Origin: a virus
Lineage: Duplodnaviria; Heunggongvirae; Uroviricota; Caudoviricetes
IMG/VR virus record: IMGVR_UViG_3300040801_001158
Span: 9,359 to 73,358 of that record
Length of the DNA: 64,000 bases
Strand: one strand, 5' to 3'
Shown: positions 8,696-18,135 of the stretch, piece after piece
Layout: the number at the start of each line of letters is the position of its first letter
Numbering within the stretch: position 1 is the first letter of the stretch
The notes under the pieces: generated by a model
Told to the model about the DNA's origin: nothing
The model's input: the letters and a program-made list of their open reading frames with translations, nothing else
The model's database searches: none
Position numbers and translations under genes: made by a program

Positions 8696-8735
8696 ATGTT
8701 AGAATATTAAACATAAAGGATAAGGTATACCTAGA

Positions 8736-10058
8736 ATGATGAATTTTAAAGGCTACTTACAAGAGACATCGCAAAACATCATGTTAGAAGCCTCTTTAAG
8801 GAAAAATCAACAAGAGCTAAAAAACTATATAAAGAAAAAACTGAAAGGTGTTAAGTTCACTAATTCAAGCCGAGGCGCGTATCATATACGTTTCCCAATG
8901 AATGGAACGGATTTAGAACTTGCAAATATTTTTAGAAAATATGACTTGGAAATTCTTGAATATGATAAAGCGCCAATATCATCTAAATTCCCAACTTCAG
9001 TCTTAAGACTTACTAAAAATATTTCAACAGATCTTGTAGCTGGTACTGAAATACCTTGGGTAAATAACTCATCTGCTGCGGCCGTTACTGGTGCGCAGCT
9101 TTTTGGTAACAAAGATCTTAATCCTGATAGTTTAGGTTTAGCTGGCAAAACTTTAAAAAGTTCTCAGATTATAGCTGAAATTACACCATACTTACAAAAT
9201 AAATACGATGCAAAAGTTGCAAACGAATTAATTGGCATGGCAGAGGCTGCAAGATCAGTTGGTTCAAAAATTGATTATACTAACTCATTTTCCAAGAAAG
9301 ATCTTGCAAAGGTATCTGCTGACTTTGGCGAAATACTCTCTGCTATCTGGGCTGAAACCAATCTTTCATTCAAAGCATGCTACTTTCCTGTAGCAAGCAA
9401 TGAAGCTCTAATTGATTTTTATGGAATGCGTTTAGGCATACCGTATCCAATATCAGTAAAATCTGGTGCTGGTGGTAAAGTTACTGTTCAGAACATCATA
9501 GATTCAATTAACAATAGATCAAAAACTGCAACAACTGCTGAATTGACAAACGAACCTTCTTTGGCAATATTTAAAATTGTAAATGATATGCCTATGAAAG
9601 AACAGATGTTTGAATTGCACAAATATATGAAAACCGAAGCAATAATATTACTTGCTAAGATTATGGATATTGATGTATCAAGTATCAATTTAAAAACTGT
9701 TCTCGATTTTGTAAACAGTTTTGAAGAACAGGAAGATCTGATAAAAACATTGGAACCATTTTGGTCACTATTGAATATGAATCTTACCGATAGAATTAAA
9801 CAAGGTGACGATAGATTGAGATTGGTCTTATCTCCTTTAGGTGAATCTATTTGGAAAATTCTTAATAATGATCAAGAAATAAAAGATTCTTTAACACGAG
9901 TTGCTAGGCAAGTTGCGCTCATTCAGATTAACGTTGATGTAACAAGCAAACAAATCAGGTTTAAAAACAACAGATTTAAAGATGCATCATTTCAATTTGG
10001 CTGGGCTGGATATGCTGCCAAAAATAAATTGGGATTTAAAATGAAGGTTAAAAGATAA
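8736..10058 (+). CDS. Hypothetical virion protein, possible PD-(D/E)xK nuclease fold
   Basis: Capsid-targeting-like N-terminus MMNFKGYLQE; DFGEILSAI...LIDF...ISVKSG. Confidence 0.45.
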   Translation: MMNFKGYLQETSQNIMLEASLRKNQQELKNYIKKKLKGVKFTNSSRGAYHIRFPMNGTDLELANIFRKYDLEILEYDKAPISSKFPTSVLRLTKNISTDLVAGTEIPWVNNSSAAAVTGAQLFGNKDLNPDSLGLAGKTLKSSQIIAEITPYLQNKYDAKVANELIGMAEAARSVGSKIDYTNSFSKKDLAKVSADFGEILSAIWAETNLSFKACYFPVASNEALIDFYGMRLGIPYPISVKSGAGGKVTVQNIIDSINNRSKTATTAELTNEPSLAIFKIVNDMPMKEQMFELHKYMKTEAIILLAKIMDIDVSSINLKTVLDFVNSFEEQEDLIKTLEPFWSLLNMNLTDRIKQGDDRLRLVLSPLGESIWKILNNDQEIKDSLTRVARQVALIQINVDVTSKQIRFKNNRFKDASFQFGWAGYAAKNKLGFKMKVKR

Positions 10059-10060
10059 CT

Positions 10061-10714
10061 ATGCATGGGTTTATTTACAAAACAACGAACTTAATTAATA
10101 ATAAACAATATATAGGTCTTTGTACTAGAGAAGATGACAATTATTTAGGATCAGGCAAGTTGCTCAAACAAGCAATAGCAAAATATGGCAAAAATAATTT
10201 TAAACGAGAAATATTAGAAATATCTGAATCATTTGACGAGTTATTAGAATTAGAAGAGTATTATATAGAAAAATTTTCAGCGGTTGAATCTCCTAATTAT
10301 TATAATTTAGCTAAAGGTGGAAAGGCTGGTAACTCTAATCTTCTTAAAGAATATTAGGGATCCATGACAGAAGAAGAAAGAAAGACTGCTAGAAATTGGA
10401 ATGGACATTTTATCAATAATAAATTTGAAGGGTATGACAATCCAGAATATAGAAAAAATATGTCCACTAGTGTTAAAAAGTCTTGGGATAACCATAGTGA
10501 AGAAGATCGTGAAGAAGATCGTAAAGAACGTGCTAGAAAATCAGCAGAAACATTTAAAAGAAACCGTACAGGGAAAGGGAAAAATAATTCAATGTATGGC
10601 AGGTCTGCTGTTAAAGAAAATAACTTAAAATGGTGCACAAATGGTTTTAAGACGATTTATGTTACAGAAGGAACTCAACCCGACGGGTTTATTAGAGGAA
10701 GGAAAATAAAATGA
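10061..10714 (+). pseudogene. Seg-like GIY-YIG homing endonuclease with in-frame TAG
   Basis: GFIYKTTNLINNKQYIG and YYNLAKGG; TAG at 10355-10357, frame continues into a NUMOD3-like NNSMYGRS region. Confidence 0.75.
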
Positions 10715-11949
10715 TTCGGTTTAAACAATATTTAAACGAAAACAAGAATGGTAAAAATACCCACCTTCGTCATGCTGAAGATTCCGTTATTGATGGTGGA
10801 GTCAACGGTATAAGAAATGTGATAAATTATTTTAGAAGCTTACGTGATATGCTTTCTGGAAACGCAAGTGCGCCTATTAACTTGAGTGTTAAGTGGGATG
10901 GCGCACCAGCTATATTTGCCGGCATTGACCCATCAGACGGTCAATTCTTTGTCGCTAAGAAAGGCGTATTTAATAAGAACCCAAAGGTTTATAAAACCCA
11001 ACAAGACATTGATGATGATTTAAGCGGCAGCCTTCGTGATAAATTTACGCTTGCCCTTAAAGAACTACGCAAACTTGGTATCCAAGGAGTTGTTCAAGGT
11101 GATTTCCTCTATTCGAGCGATGATATTGAAGAAGATACGATTGATGGAGTACCGCATATTACTTTCCATCCTAACACGATTGTTTATGCGATACCAAAAG
11201 AAAGCCAACTCGCTAAAACAATACTCAGATCCAAGATCGGTGTGGTTTGGCACACAACATACCGAGGAGATTCTTTTGAAACAATGTCAGCAAGTTTTGG
11301 AAAGGCGATTGCGTCAAATCTCGAAACAGTAAATAGTGTATGGTCTGTTGATGCTGTATTTGAAGATAAATCAGGATCAGTTACATTTACGAAACAAGAA
11401 ACTGATGAAGTAAATGATTTAATATCAAAAGCAGGTAAAGTATTTAGAACTATTAAAAAACCTATATTGGCCGAGCTTGCGAATAATAAAGAATTGAATT
11501 TGCGTGTAAATACTTACATTAATAAGATGGTAAGAGACGGTGAACGTGTTAGTGATCCAAGATCATTTACAATGGGTTTAACAAGATTCATCGAAGATTA
11601 TTATCAGGCACAAGCCGATAAAAGAAAAACTCCAAAAGGCAAAAATGCTCAGATGGATAAAAAGAATTCTGTATTATCTATGTTTGAAAAATATAATCAA
11701 AGAGATATTGAAAACGTTTTTATATTATATAACATCTTGGTTGATATTAAATTAGTCATCATTGAAAAATTAAACAAAGTAGATGGTCTTAAAACTTTAC
11801 TAAAAACGAAAAATGGTTATGAAGTCACAGGTCAAGAAGGATTCGTTGCGATAGATCGTTACGGTAAAAATTCATTAAAACTGGTTGATAGGTTACAATT
11901 CTCTAAAGCAAACTTCTCATCCGAATATATTAAGGGCTGGCAAAAATGA
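10711..11949 (+). CDS. Conserved T4-like hypothetical protein with KWDG motif
   Basis: KNTHLRHAED, VKWDGAPA, QEGFV..D, LKLVDRLQFS; N-terminus MIRFKQYLNE. Confidence 0.7.
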   Translation: MIRFKQYLNENKNGKNTHLRHAEDSVIDGGVNGIRNVINYFRSLRDMLSGNASAPINLSVKWDGAPAIFAGIDPSDGQFFVAKKGVFNKNPKVYKTQQDIDDDLSGSLRDKFTLALKELRKLGIQGVVQGDFLYSSDDIEEDTIDGVPHITFHPNTIVYAIPKESQLAKTILRSKIGVVWHTTYRGDSFETMSASFGKAIASNLETVNSVWSVDAVFEDKSGSVTFTKQETDEVNDLISKAGKVFRTIKKPILAELANNKELNLRVNTYINKMVRDGERVSDPRSFTMGLTRFIEDYYQAQADKRKTPKGKNAQMDKKNSVLSMFEKYNQRDIENVFILYNILVDIKLVIIEKLNKVDGLKTLLKTKNGYEVTGQEGFVAIDRYGKNSLKLVDRLQFSKANFSSEYIKGWQK

Positions 11950-13369
11950 GTAAGATGGATGAGCTAAAGAAACTCCTTGAAGAGGCGGTACAAGAAGAGA
12001 AAAGACGAAAGTTAACGATTGTTGAAGACGTACAGTTTTTAAATAAACCGTTAGAAGCACAAGAAGAATCTTCGGCTCATAAAATTGCTTCAATGCTAAA
12101 TAAGAAAACATTTAGCGAAAATGCGGAATCGACTCGATGGAAAGATCCTCTTACTCCAGTTGATAAAAAGTTTGTAACGTTTAAAGAAATGAATGATCAT
12201 TATGGCGCGTTTCTTCAAAGAATACAACAACAAATGTCGAGCATTGGCGGTGGCGGTGAAGTAAACTTAAGAGGTCTTGATGATGTAGATAGATACTCAA
12301 TGCTACCTAATAATGATAGTCATATATTAGAATATGATGCAGCAACTAAGTCTGCCAAGTTTACAGATCGTGTTGGCCCAATTACGTATTTAAGATTTGA
12401 CGAAACAATAGATGCAGATAATATAGAGCAGGCAGTTGGAACACTATCTTGGGATGTTAAAGACCAAACATTAAATTTACAGCACCCAAATGGCGTAAAC
12501 CAACAAATCGGTCAAGAAGTTTATGCTTATGTTAGAAACGGTACAGCAAATACGATAACTAATGGTACTAGTGTAATGTTTTTCGGCGCTGGTAATGGCG
12601 GGCCTGGCGAATCAAAATTACTTGCTTTTCCTATGGTCTCAGATGGAACGTCTTCATCTATAAACGGTTTAGGTATTGCAACACAAGATATATTACCAAA
12701 TGAAGATGGGCGTATTACCGTTTGGGGAAAAATAAGAAACGTTGATACTTCGCAATATTCGGTAGGAAATATACTTTATGGCGATCCTTCAATTTCGGGT
12801 GGTCTTACTAATATAAAACCAACCACACCAAATAATGTCACTCCTATGGGAACAGTGCTAAGGTCAGACATGACCCACGGGAAATTTTCGTTAGGCCAAT
12901 TATAGAACAAAGATTAGACTATGGTACGATAATAAGTTCAAACACTCAAACACTAAATCTAGTAAATACAGCTCAAGAAATAGCATTAACATCATCACAA
13001 GATAATCTAAATATAGATATAGACCCTGTTTTCAATACCCGTGTTTTATTCGTACAATCCGGTTTGTACTCAATAAACCTTAACGCTCAAGTTTTAAGCA
13101 CTAATTCTTCTGCAAAGAATGTGTATTTTTGGATAAGAAAAAATGGCGTCGATGAACAAAATACTAGAAGAACACTAACGTTGAATGGAAATTTAGTATA
13201 TACTGATTTTAGTGTATCTTACAATATTAAAATAGAACAAGCTAGTGATTATGTTGAATTTATGTGGGCGGCGGATAATGATACTGTTGAGCTAGAAGCC
13301 GCCGCCCAAACAACATTTGCACCTTCTTCACCATCAGTGTTTATACACATTGACCAAGTTGTGTTATAA
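11946..13369 (+). CDS. Virion structural protein split by a frameshift near 12880
   Basis: IGGGGEVNL..LDDV motif; the -1 frame is open from 12881 (EIFVRPIIEQ...) into ORF 13064-13369. Confidence 0.6.
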
Positions 13370-13372
13370 ATA
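13365..13372 (+). promoter_or_regulatory. T4-type late promoter
   Basis: TATAAATA upstream of the glycosyltransferase pair. Confidence 0.7.
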
Positions 13373-13395
13373 AATCCATATAATGGGAGTATATA

Positions 13396-14058
13396 ATGAA
13401 TATAGAGAAAAAGATAACTCATATTTGGATTGGCCCAAAACCTGCGCCAACCAAATGGATGAATACGTGGAAAGATAAACACCCTGATTGGGAATATAAC
13501 ATTTTTACAGATAAAATGTTAAAAGAACGAACTTGGATTAATCAGCATTTAGTTGATAAGTATTATAACGCAGGTTGTTATGCAGGTGCTCACGATGTTA
13601 TTCGTTACGAGCTCATTAATGAACGTGGTGGATTTTGGCCATCAGCTGATTCTATTTGTTTGGAACCAGTTGACGAGTTATTTACAAGTCCACCTAATCA
13701 CGCATACACAGTGTTTGAAAATGAAAAAGCAAAACCTGGGTACACGTCACCAATCCTTGCTGCAAATAAAGATAATGAAATACTAAGAATAATTATTTCA
13801 ATTCTAAATAAATTACCCGCAAACCGACTAAATACATCACATCCGTATCTATTCACAGGAAACCATTTCTTATCTGAATTGTGGAAGAAAATACCTGACA
13901 TTGATAATAAATTGACAAGATGGCCTTCTTATACACTAATACCTCAATGGTATGCAAAAGGATCAAAACGATATGATGGCCCAGGTAAGGTATACGCAGA
14001 ACAATATTGGGGATCAACTGGGTTTGCATGGTTGAAAAAATATTCGGATGGTGTATAG
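13396..14058 (+). CDS. Glycosyltransferase (GT32/OCH1-like)
   Basis: KKITHIWIGPKPAP, DVIRYELI..RGGFW..ADS. Confidence 0.8.
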   Translation: MNIEKKITHIWIGPKPAPTKWMNTWKDKHPDWEYNIFTDKMLKERTWINQHLVDKYYNAGCYAGAHDVIRYELINERGGFWPSADSICLEPVDELFTSPPNHAYTVFENEKAKPGYTSPILAANKDNEILRIIISILNKLPANRLNTSHPYLFTGNHFLSELWKKIPDIDNKLTRWPSYTLIPQWYAKGSKRYDGPGKVYAEQYWGSTGFAWLKKYSDGV

Positions 14059-14060
14059 TG

Positions 14061-14783
14061 ATGAAAACAAAAGCATTCATATTAAAGATCGATGATAAAC
14101 TATCAAATGAGTATGCAAAGGTATGTTCAGACTCCTGTGATGATGTTGGTTTAGATTGGGAATACTTTAATGGATATTCTAAAACGTCTGGCAAACATGC
14201 TTGGGCATTAACAGGAATTAATCTAACAAGAAGTGAGGGTCGGCCTATTCGTTTACCAGATGTAAAGAATATACCAAGAATTGAAAATCCACATGCCAGA
14301 GAAAAGGCAGAATGTTGCAGTGCAGGACATGCTGCCATTTGGAAAAGAATAGCAGAAAGTGATCTTGATGTTGGCGTTGTATTAGAACATGATGCTTATA
14401 TGTATTATAATATAAATGACATTAAAATACCAGACGGTGTCATCGTTGTGTTAGGATACAAAACAAATGATCCAAATCGTTATGATCATAAGTTAGCAGG
14501 CAGGCCCAAAGAACTTATCGGTCTAAGAGGGCATGAAGGTGCTCATGCATATGCAATGACTAAAGGAACTGCACGTTTTTTAATACATGAAATAGAAACA
14601 ATTGGCAGACTGGGTTGTGTTGATAACGCGTATTTCATACTTAATCAACGCAAAACGAAAGTTCCTTTAGCGATCGTATCTCCCACTCCAGCAGTCGGAT
14701 GGTTAAGAGAATCGACAATATGGGATAAATCAGCAAATAGAAATTATCCTTTCATTCCATCCTTTCTTCAAAATTATAAATAG
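14061..14783 (+). CDS. Glycosyltransferase (GT25-like)
   Basis: KAFILKI, CCSAGHAAIWKRI, VVLEHDA, GAHAYAMT. Confidence 0.75.
   Translation: MKTKAFILKIDDKLSNEYAKVCSDSCDDVGLDWEYFNGYSKTSGKHAWALTGINLTRSEGRPIRLPDVKNIPRIENPHAREKAECCSAGHAAIWKRIAESDLDVGVVLEHDAYMYYNINDIKIPDGVIVVLGYKTNDPNRYDHKLAGRPKELIGLRGHEGAHAYAMTKGTARFLIHEIETIGRLGCVDNAYFILNQRKTKVPLAIVSPTPAVGWLRESTIWDKSANRNYPFIPSFLQNYK
14775..14782 (+). promoter_or_regulatory. T4-type late promoter
   Basis: TATAAATA. Confidence 0.7.
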
Positions 14784-14820
14784 ATCAAATATAATAAAGT
14801 AATTAAAGAGGCATTATCTT

Positions 14821-17800
14821 ATGGACGACAAAAAACCAAATAATAAAAAGTCTATATCTCGTAAAGAATTTGATCCTAAAAAATATATTAATACTGAACC
14901 TAGACTAAACGAAGCAAAGAAGCAAGACCTTGCTGTTATTAGTTTTGGTCGTATGAATCCTATCACAATCGGTCATGAAAAACTCGTGAATAAAATAATT
15001 AGCATTGCTGGTAAAGAAAATGCTACTCCTATGATATTCTTATCGCATAGTAACGATGCTAAGAAAAATCCATTAACGTATGACCAAAAAATAAAGTATG
15101 CACAACGTGCGTTCGGAATCATTATTACTAAATCAAAGGCAAAGACTCCTATACAGGTTTTGGTGGAACTTCAATCCAAGTATAAGAATATCATATTCGT
15201 TGCTGGTTCCGACCGTGTAGATGCGTTTGATGATTTGCTAAACAACTATAATGGAAAAGATTATACATACGATTCAATTGAAGTTGTGTCAGCAGGTGAA
15301 CGTGATCCTGACGCAGAAGGCGTATCTGGCGTGTCTGCGTCTAAAATGAGAGCATTGGCTGTTGATAATAACCTTGAAGAATTTACTAAAGGTCTTCCTA
15401 GAAAATTACAGTCAAGTGCAGAAGAGATTTTAGTCACTATACGTAAAGGTATGAATATTAATGAAGAAGTTATATATGAAGCGCTAACGAATGCACAGCG
15501 TAGAAAACGTGCAATTATTATGAGAAAGGCTGCACCTAAAATAAAGCGAGGTCGAGAAAGAGCTGCTAAGAAATTGGCAACTGGCTCTAAATTGAAAGAC
15601 CGAGCTCGTAAACAGGCGATAAACGTGATGAAAGATAAATTTGCGAAAGAAAAATCCTTTAGTGAGTTAGGATATGCGCAAAGACAGCAAATAGATGATA
15701 AAATTAAAAAAATGCCAACAAGTAAAATTGATAATCTCGCAAAGAAACTGTTACCTTCTGTAAAGAAAAAAGAAAAAGAAAGATTTAGTAATAGAACAAA
15801 GAAAGAGAACATTAATATTGCGTTTGAGAATTTTTTAGAAGAAAGAGAAATATCAGAAGGTTGTACAGATATTAGTAAAGTTATGAAAAGACCACATTTG
15901 TTATTGACAAAAGACGGTGCAGTAAAATACGACAAGCGCTTTAAAATGTATAAAGCACGTAATAAAGAAGTTGCTGATATATTAGACAAAGAACAAGAAG
16001 TTTGCGAAAGTACAGGAGATGGTGTGTTAAATTTTAAAGATATAATTGAATTAGCAGAAAGCGTTGAAGATTTAGTCGAAGTTGCTAAGATTGCATGTTT
16101 AAAATGTGATGAAGTATCGACTGCAAAGGCATGGGCTAAGAACGACGATGTTTGTCCTAAATGCAAAAAGTCAACTCAAGGTGTTGCTGAATCTTTAGAC
16201 GAAGCTATCAAAATTGGATCTAAAGTAAAAGTTAATAATGGCAGAAATAAAGGTAAATACGGAACAGTAACCGCTATTGAAAAGGACAATGTACACGTTG
16301 GCTTTGGTGGAAAGATTAGTGTTAACCAAGGATTCGGTTCAACTCAAGATTATCCTGATAGTTATTGGGTAAAAAGTAAATACATTGAAGAATCACTAGA
16401 CGAAGCTAAAGGCCCAACCGATAAAGACGTTGATCTTATTATTAGAACCATGAAGGATTTTGAAAATGGCGTTCAAATTATGGATGCTAAATATGGCTTA
16501 AGCCGTTCTAAAGCACAAGGTTTAATGATTCAGAGAATGAAAGATACTAAACAGAACGAAGCTAAAGGTGATAAGCCATACGAAAAGTCTTTCTTTGGCG
16601 TGGGTGATAGTCGTACTGAAAAAGAAATAGTTGACCAAGTAAAGGGATTAACTGATAAGACACTGCAGATATGGGCAAAAGACTCAGTTGGGCGTTTTGG
16701 TTCTAAGATTGCAAAATTACAATCTAAGCTTGTTGCTGACGAAATGAAAAAACGCGGTCTATCAGAAGCAAAGAAAATGGACGATGATCCATGCTGGGAT
16801 AGTCATGAAATGGTTGGCAAGAAACTGAAAGGTGGAAAGTTAGTACCAAATTGTGTACCAAAAGAATCTTTAGACGAAGCAATCAATAAAGATTCTCCTT
16901 TATATAAAGAATACGAAGGACTTAAATCTAAATCAGTCAAAGATCTAAGAAGAATCTATCAACAAAATAACCGTTTAGATACGAGTGGAATGGATCTTGG
17001 TGGTAAAGCAGATATCATTGCAACCATTTTACGTGATAGACATGGTACTAAACGTCTTAAGGTTTTATATAACGAATCATTAGAAGAAAGCAGACCATCT
17101 CTTAACGAAACAAAAAAGATTGGGACATATGTTGAAATAACAAAAGGCCCATATAAAGGAAAGCGTGGCACCATTCGTTCTATTCGACGTGGGGAGTATG
17201 GCAATCCTACCGCGCGCAAATTTTACTTAGATCTTGAAGACGGTAATGAAGCTGTCGCATATTCTCAAGAAACAAAGGTAATAAAAAGAATAGAAGAATC
17301 TTTAGAAGAAAAACGATTCTTCGATGGTGCAATTAGTTTTTATGCTCCTACTATTTCAAAGTTTTTAGATAAAGCAATATTTAGAAAAAATTATGAACAA
17401 GCTCTAAAAACATTATTTAATATGAACGCTAAAAATCCAAAAGATTTTAGCCGAAACCTTGTGAAAGCTGCTGGTGTATGGGATGTTAACGTTAGACGTC
17501 TGAGAAATATGTATGATGAAATTAAAGACAAAACGCAAACTGAAAGTCGTAAACCCGGGTTTAGGTATAGCGTATTAGATATAAAGAATAAAAAAATTAT
17601 TAACGTTAAACTTACAAGGAATGCAGCTCAAAAAATAGTAAATAAAAATCCACAGGATTATATTATGGGGTCTTCAGATTGGATTGAAGATAAATTCAAA
17701 TCAATGAATGAGGAAGGAGGTGCTGGTGATATCGGGACTAATAAACTAGTAAACAATTATAAAGACTCTACTCCTGGAGAAGGCAAAAAAACATTTAGTA

Positions 17801-18135
17801 AAATTAAAGAGTCGTTTGGCAAAGGCCGATGGAGTCAAAATAGTCTAAGAAACAGAGAACGCAATACTGGATTAGAAAAAGAGAATGATCCTAATTTTAT
17901 ACCAATTGCGAATAGAAAAGCAAAAAGTGTATTCAAACTTACTATTGATGGCAAAGTACTTAAGAATAAGGCTGGTGACCCAATGACTTGGTTTACGTCT
18001 GATTCTGCTAAAAAAGCTGCACGAACTATGATGAATAAATCTTTTAATAAAGGTAAACAATTTAGATTAGTAACTGAATCACTTAATGAAGACGATGCTA
18101 ATTCTGAAAGTATTATAGGATTAACTAATGAATAA
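14821..18135 (+). CDS. Cytidylyltransferase-like domain plus modular Lys-rich polyprotein
   Basis: FGRMNPITIGHEKL (HIGH-like), AGSDRV, SASKMR; then zinc ribbon, two KOW-like modules and repeated ESLDEA linkers. Confidence 0.8.
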   Translation: MDDKKPNNKKSISRKEFDPKKYINTEPRLNEAKKQDLAVISFGRMNPITIGHEKLVNKIISIAGKENATPMIFLSHSNDAKKNPLTYDQKIKYAQRAFGIIITKSKAKTPIQVLVELQSKYKNIIFVAGSDRVDAFDDLLNNYNGKDYTYDSIEVVSAGERDPDAEGVSGVSASKMRALAVDNNLEEFTKGLPRKLQSSAEEILVTIRKGMNINEEVIYEALTNAQRRKRAIIMRKAAPKIKRGRERAAKKLATGSKLKDRARKQAINVMKDKFAKEKSFSELGYAQRQQIDDKIKKMPTSKIDNLAKKLLPSVKKKEKERFSNRTKKENINIAFENFLEEREISEGCTDISKVMKRPHLLLTKDGAVKYDKRFKMYKARNKEVADILDKEQEVCESTGDGVLNFKDIIELAESVEDLVEVAKIACLKCDEVSTAKAWAKNDDVCPKCKKSTQGVAESLDEAIKIGSKVKVNNGRNKGKYGTVTAIEKDNVHVGFGGKISVNQGFGSTQDYPDSYWVKSKYIEESLDEAKGPTDKDVDLIIRTMKDFENGVQIMDAKYGLSRSKAQGLMIQRMKDTKQNEAKGDKPYEKSFFGVGDSRTEKEIVDQVKGLTDKTLQIWAKDSVGRFGSKIAKLQSKLVADEMKKRGLSEAKKMDDDPCWDSHEMVGKKLKGGKLVPNCVPKESLDEAINKDSPLYKEYEGLKSKSVKDLRRIYQQNNRLDTSGMDLGGKADIIATILRDRHGTKRLKVLYNESLEESRPSLNETKKIGTYVEITKGPYKGKRGTIRSIRRGEYGNPTARKFYLDLEDGNEAVAYSQETKVIKRIEESLEEKRFFDGAISFYAPTISKFLDKAIFRKNYEQALKTLFNMNAKNPKDFSRNLVKAAGVWDVNVRRLRNMYDEIKDKTQTESRKPGFRYSVLDIKNKKIINVKLTRNAAQKIVNKNPQDYIMGSSDWIEDKFKSMNEEGGAGDIGTNKLVNNYKDSTPGEGKKTFSKIKESFGKGRWSQNSLRNRERNTGLEKENDPNFIPIANRKAKSVFKLTIDGKVLKNKAGDPMTWFTSDSAKKAARTMMNKSFNKGKQFRLVTESLNEDDANSESIIGLTNE
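16189..18093 (+). repeat. Dispersed ~17-bp module-junction repeats (GAATCWYTAGAMGAAG-like)
   Basis: Copies at 16189, 16390, 16864, 17074, 17296 and 18076 (divergent) encoding ESL(D/E/N)E. Confidence 0.75.

Noticed and set aside
10355-10357. Genome-wide TAG (amber) recoding
   Set aside because: TAG cleanly terminates intact genes (836, 6764, 14058, 32314, 43931), and long core genes show no internal TAG; the internal stops seen include TAA as well.
12879-12885. Programmed -1 frameshift at GGGAAAT
   Set aside because: The heptamer is in the wrong phase (read GGG AAA T rather than G GGA AAT), and I saw no obvious downstream stimulatory structure; a simple indel is more parsimonious.
15261-16166. 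301-aa minus-strand ORF (and the other minus-strand ORFs in the track)
   Set aside because: These are shadows of Lys/Glu-rich plus-strand genes, with no RBS or motifs; all promoters and terminators found point in the + direction.
16189-18093. CRISPR-like array from the ~17-bp repeats
   Set aside because: Spacing is irregular (about 200-800 nt), and the repeats are in-frame within a CDS and encode a peptide motif.
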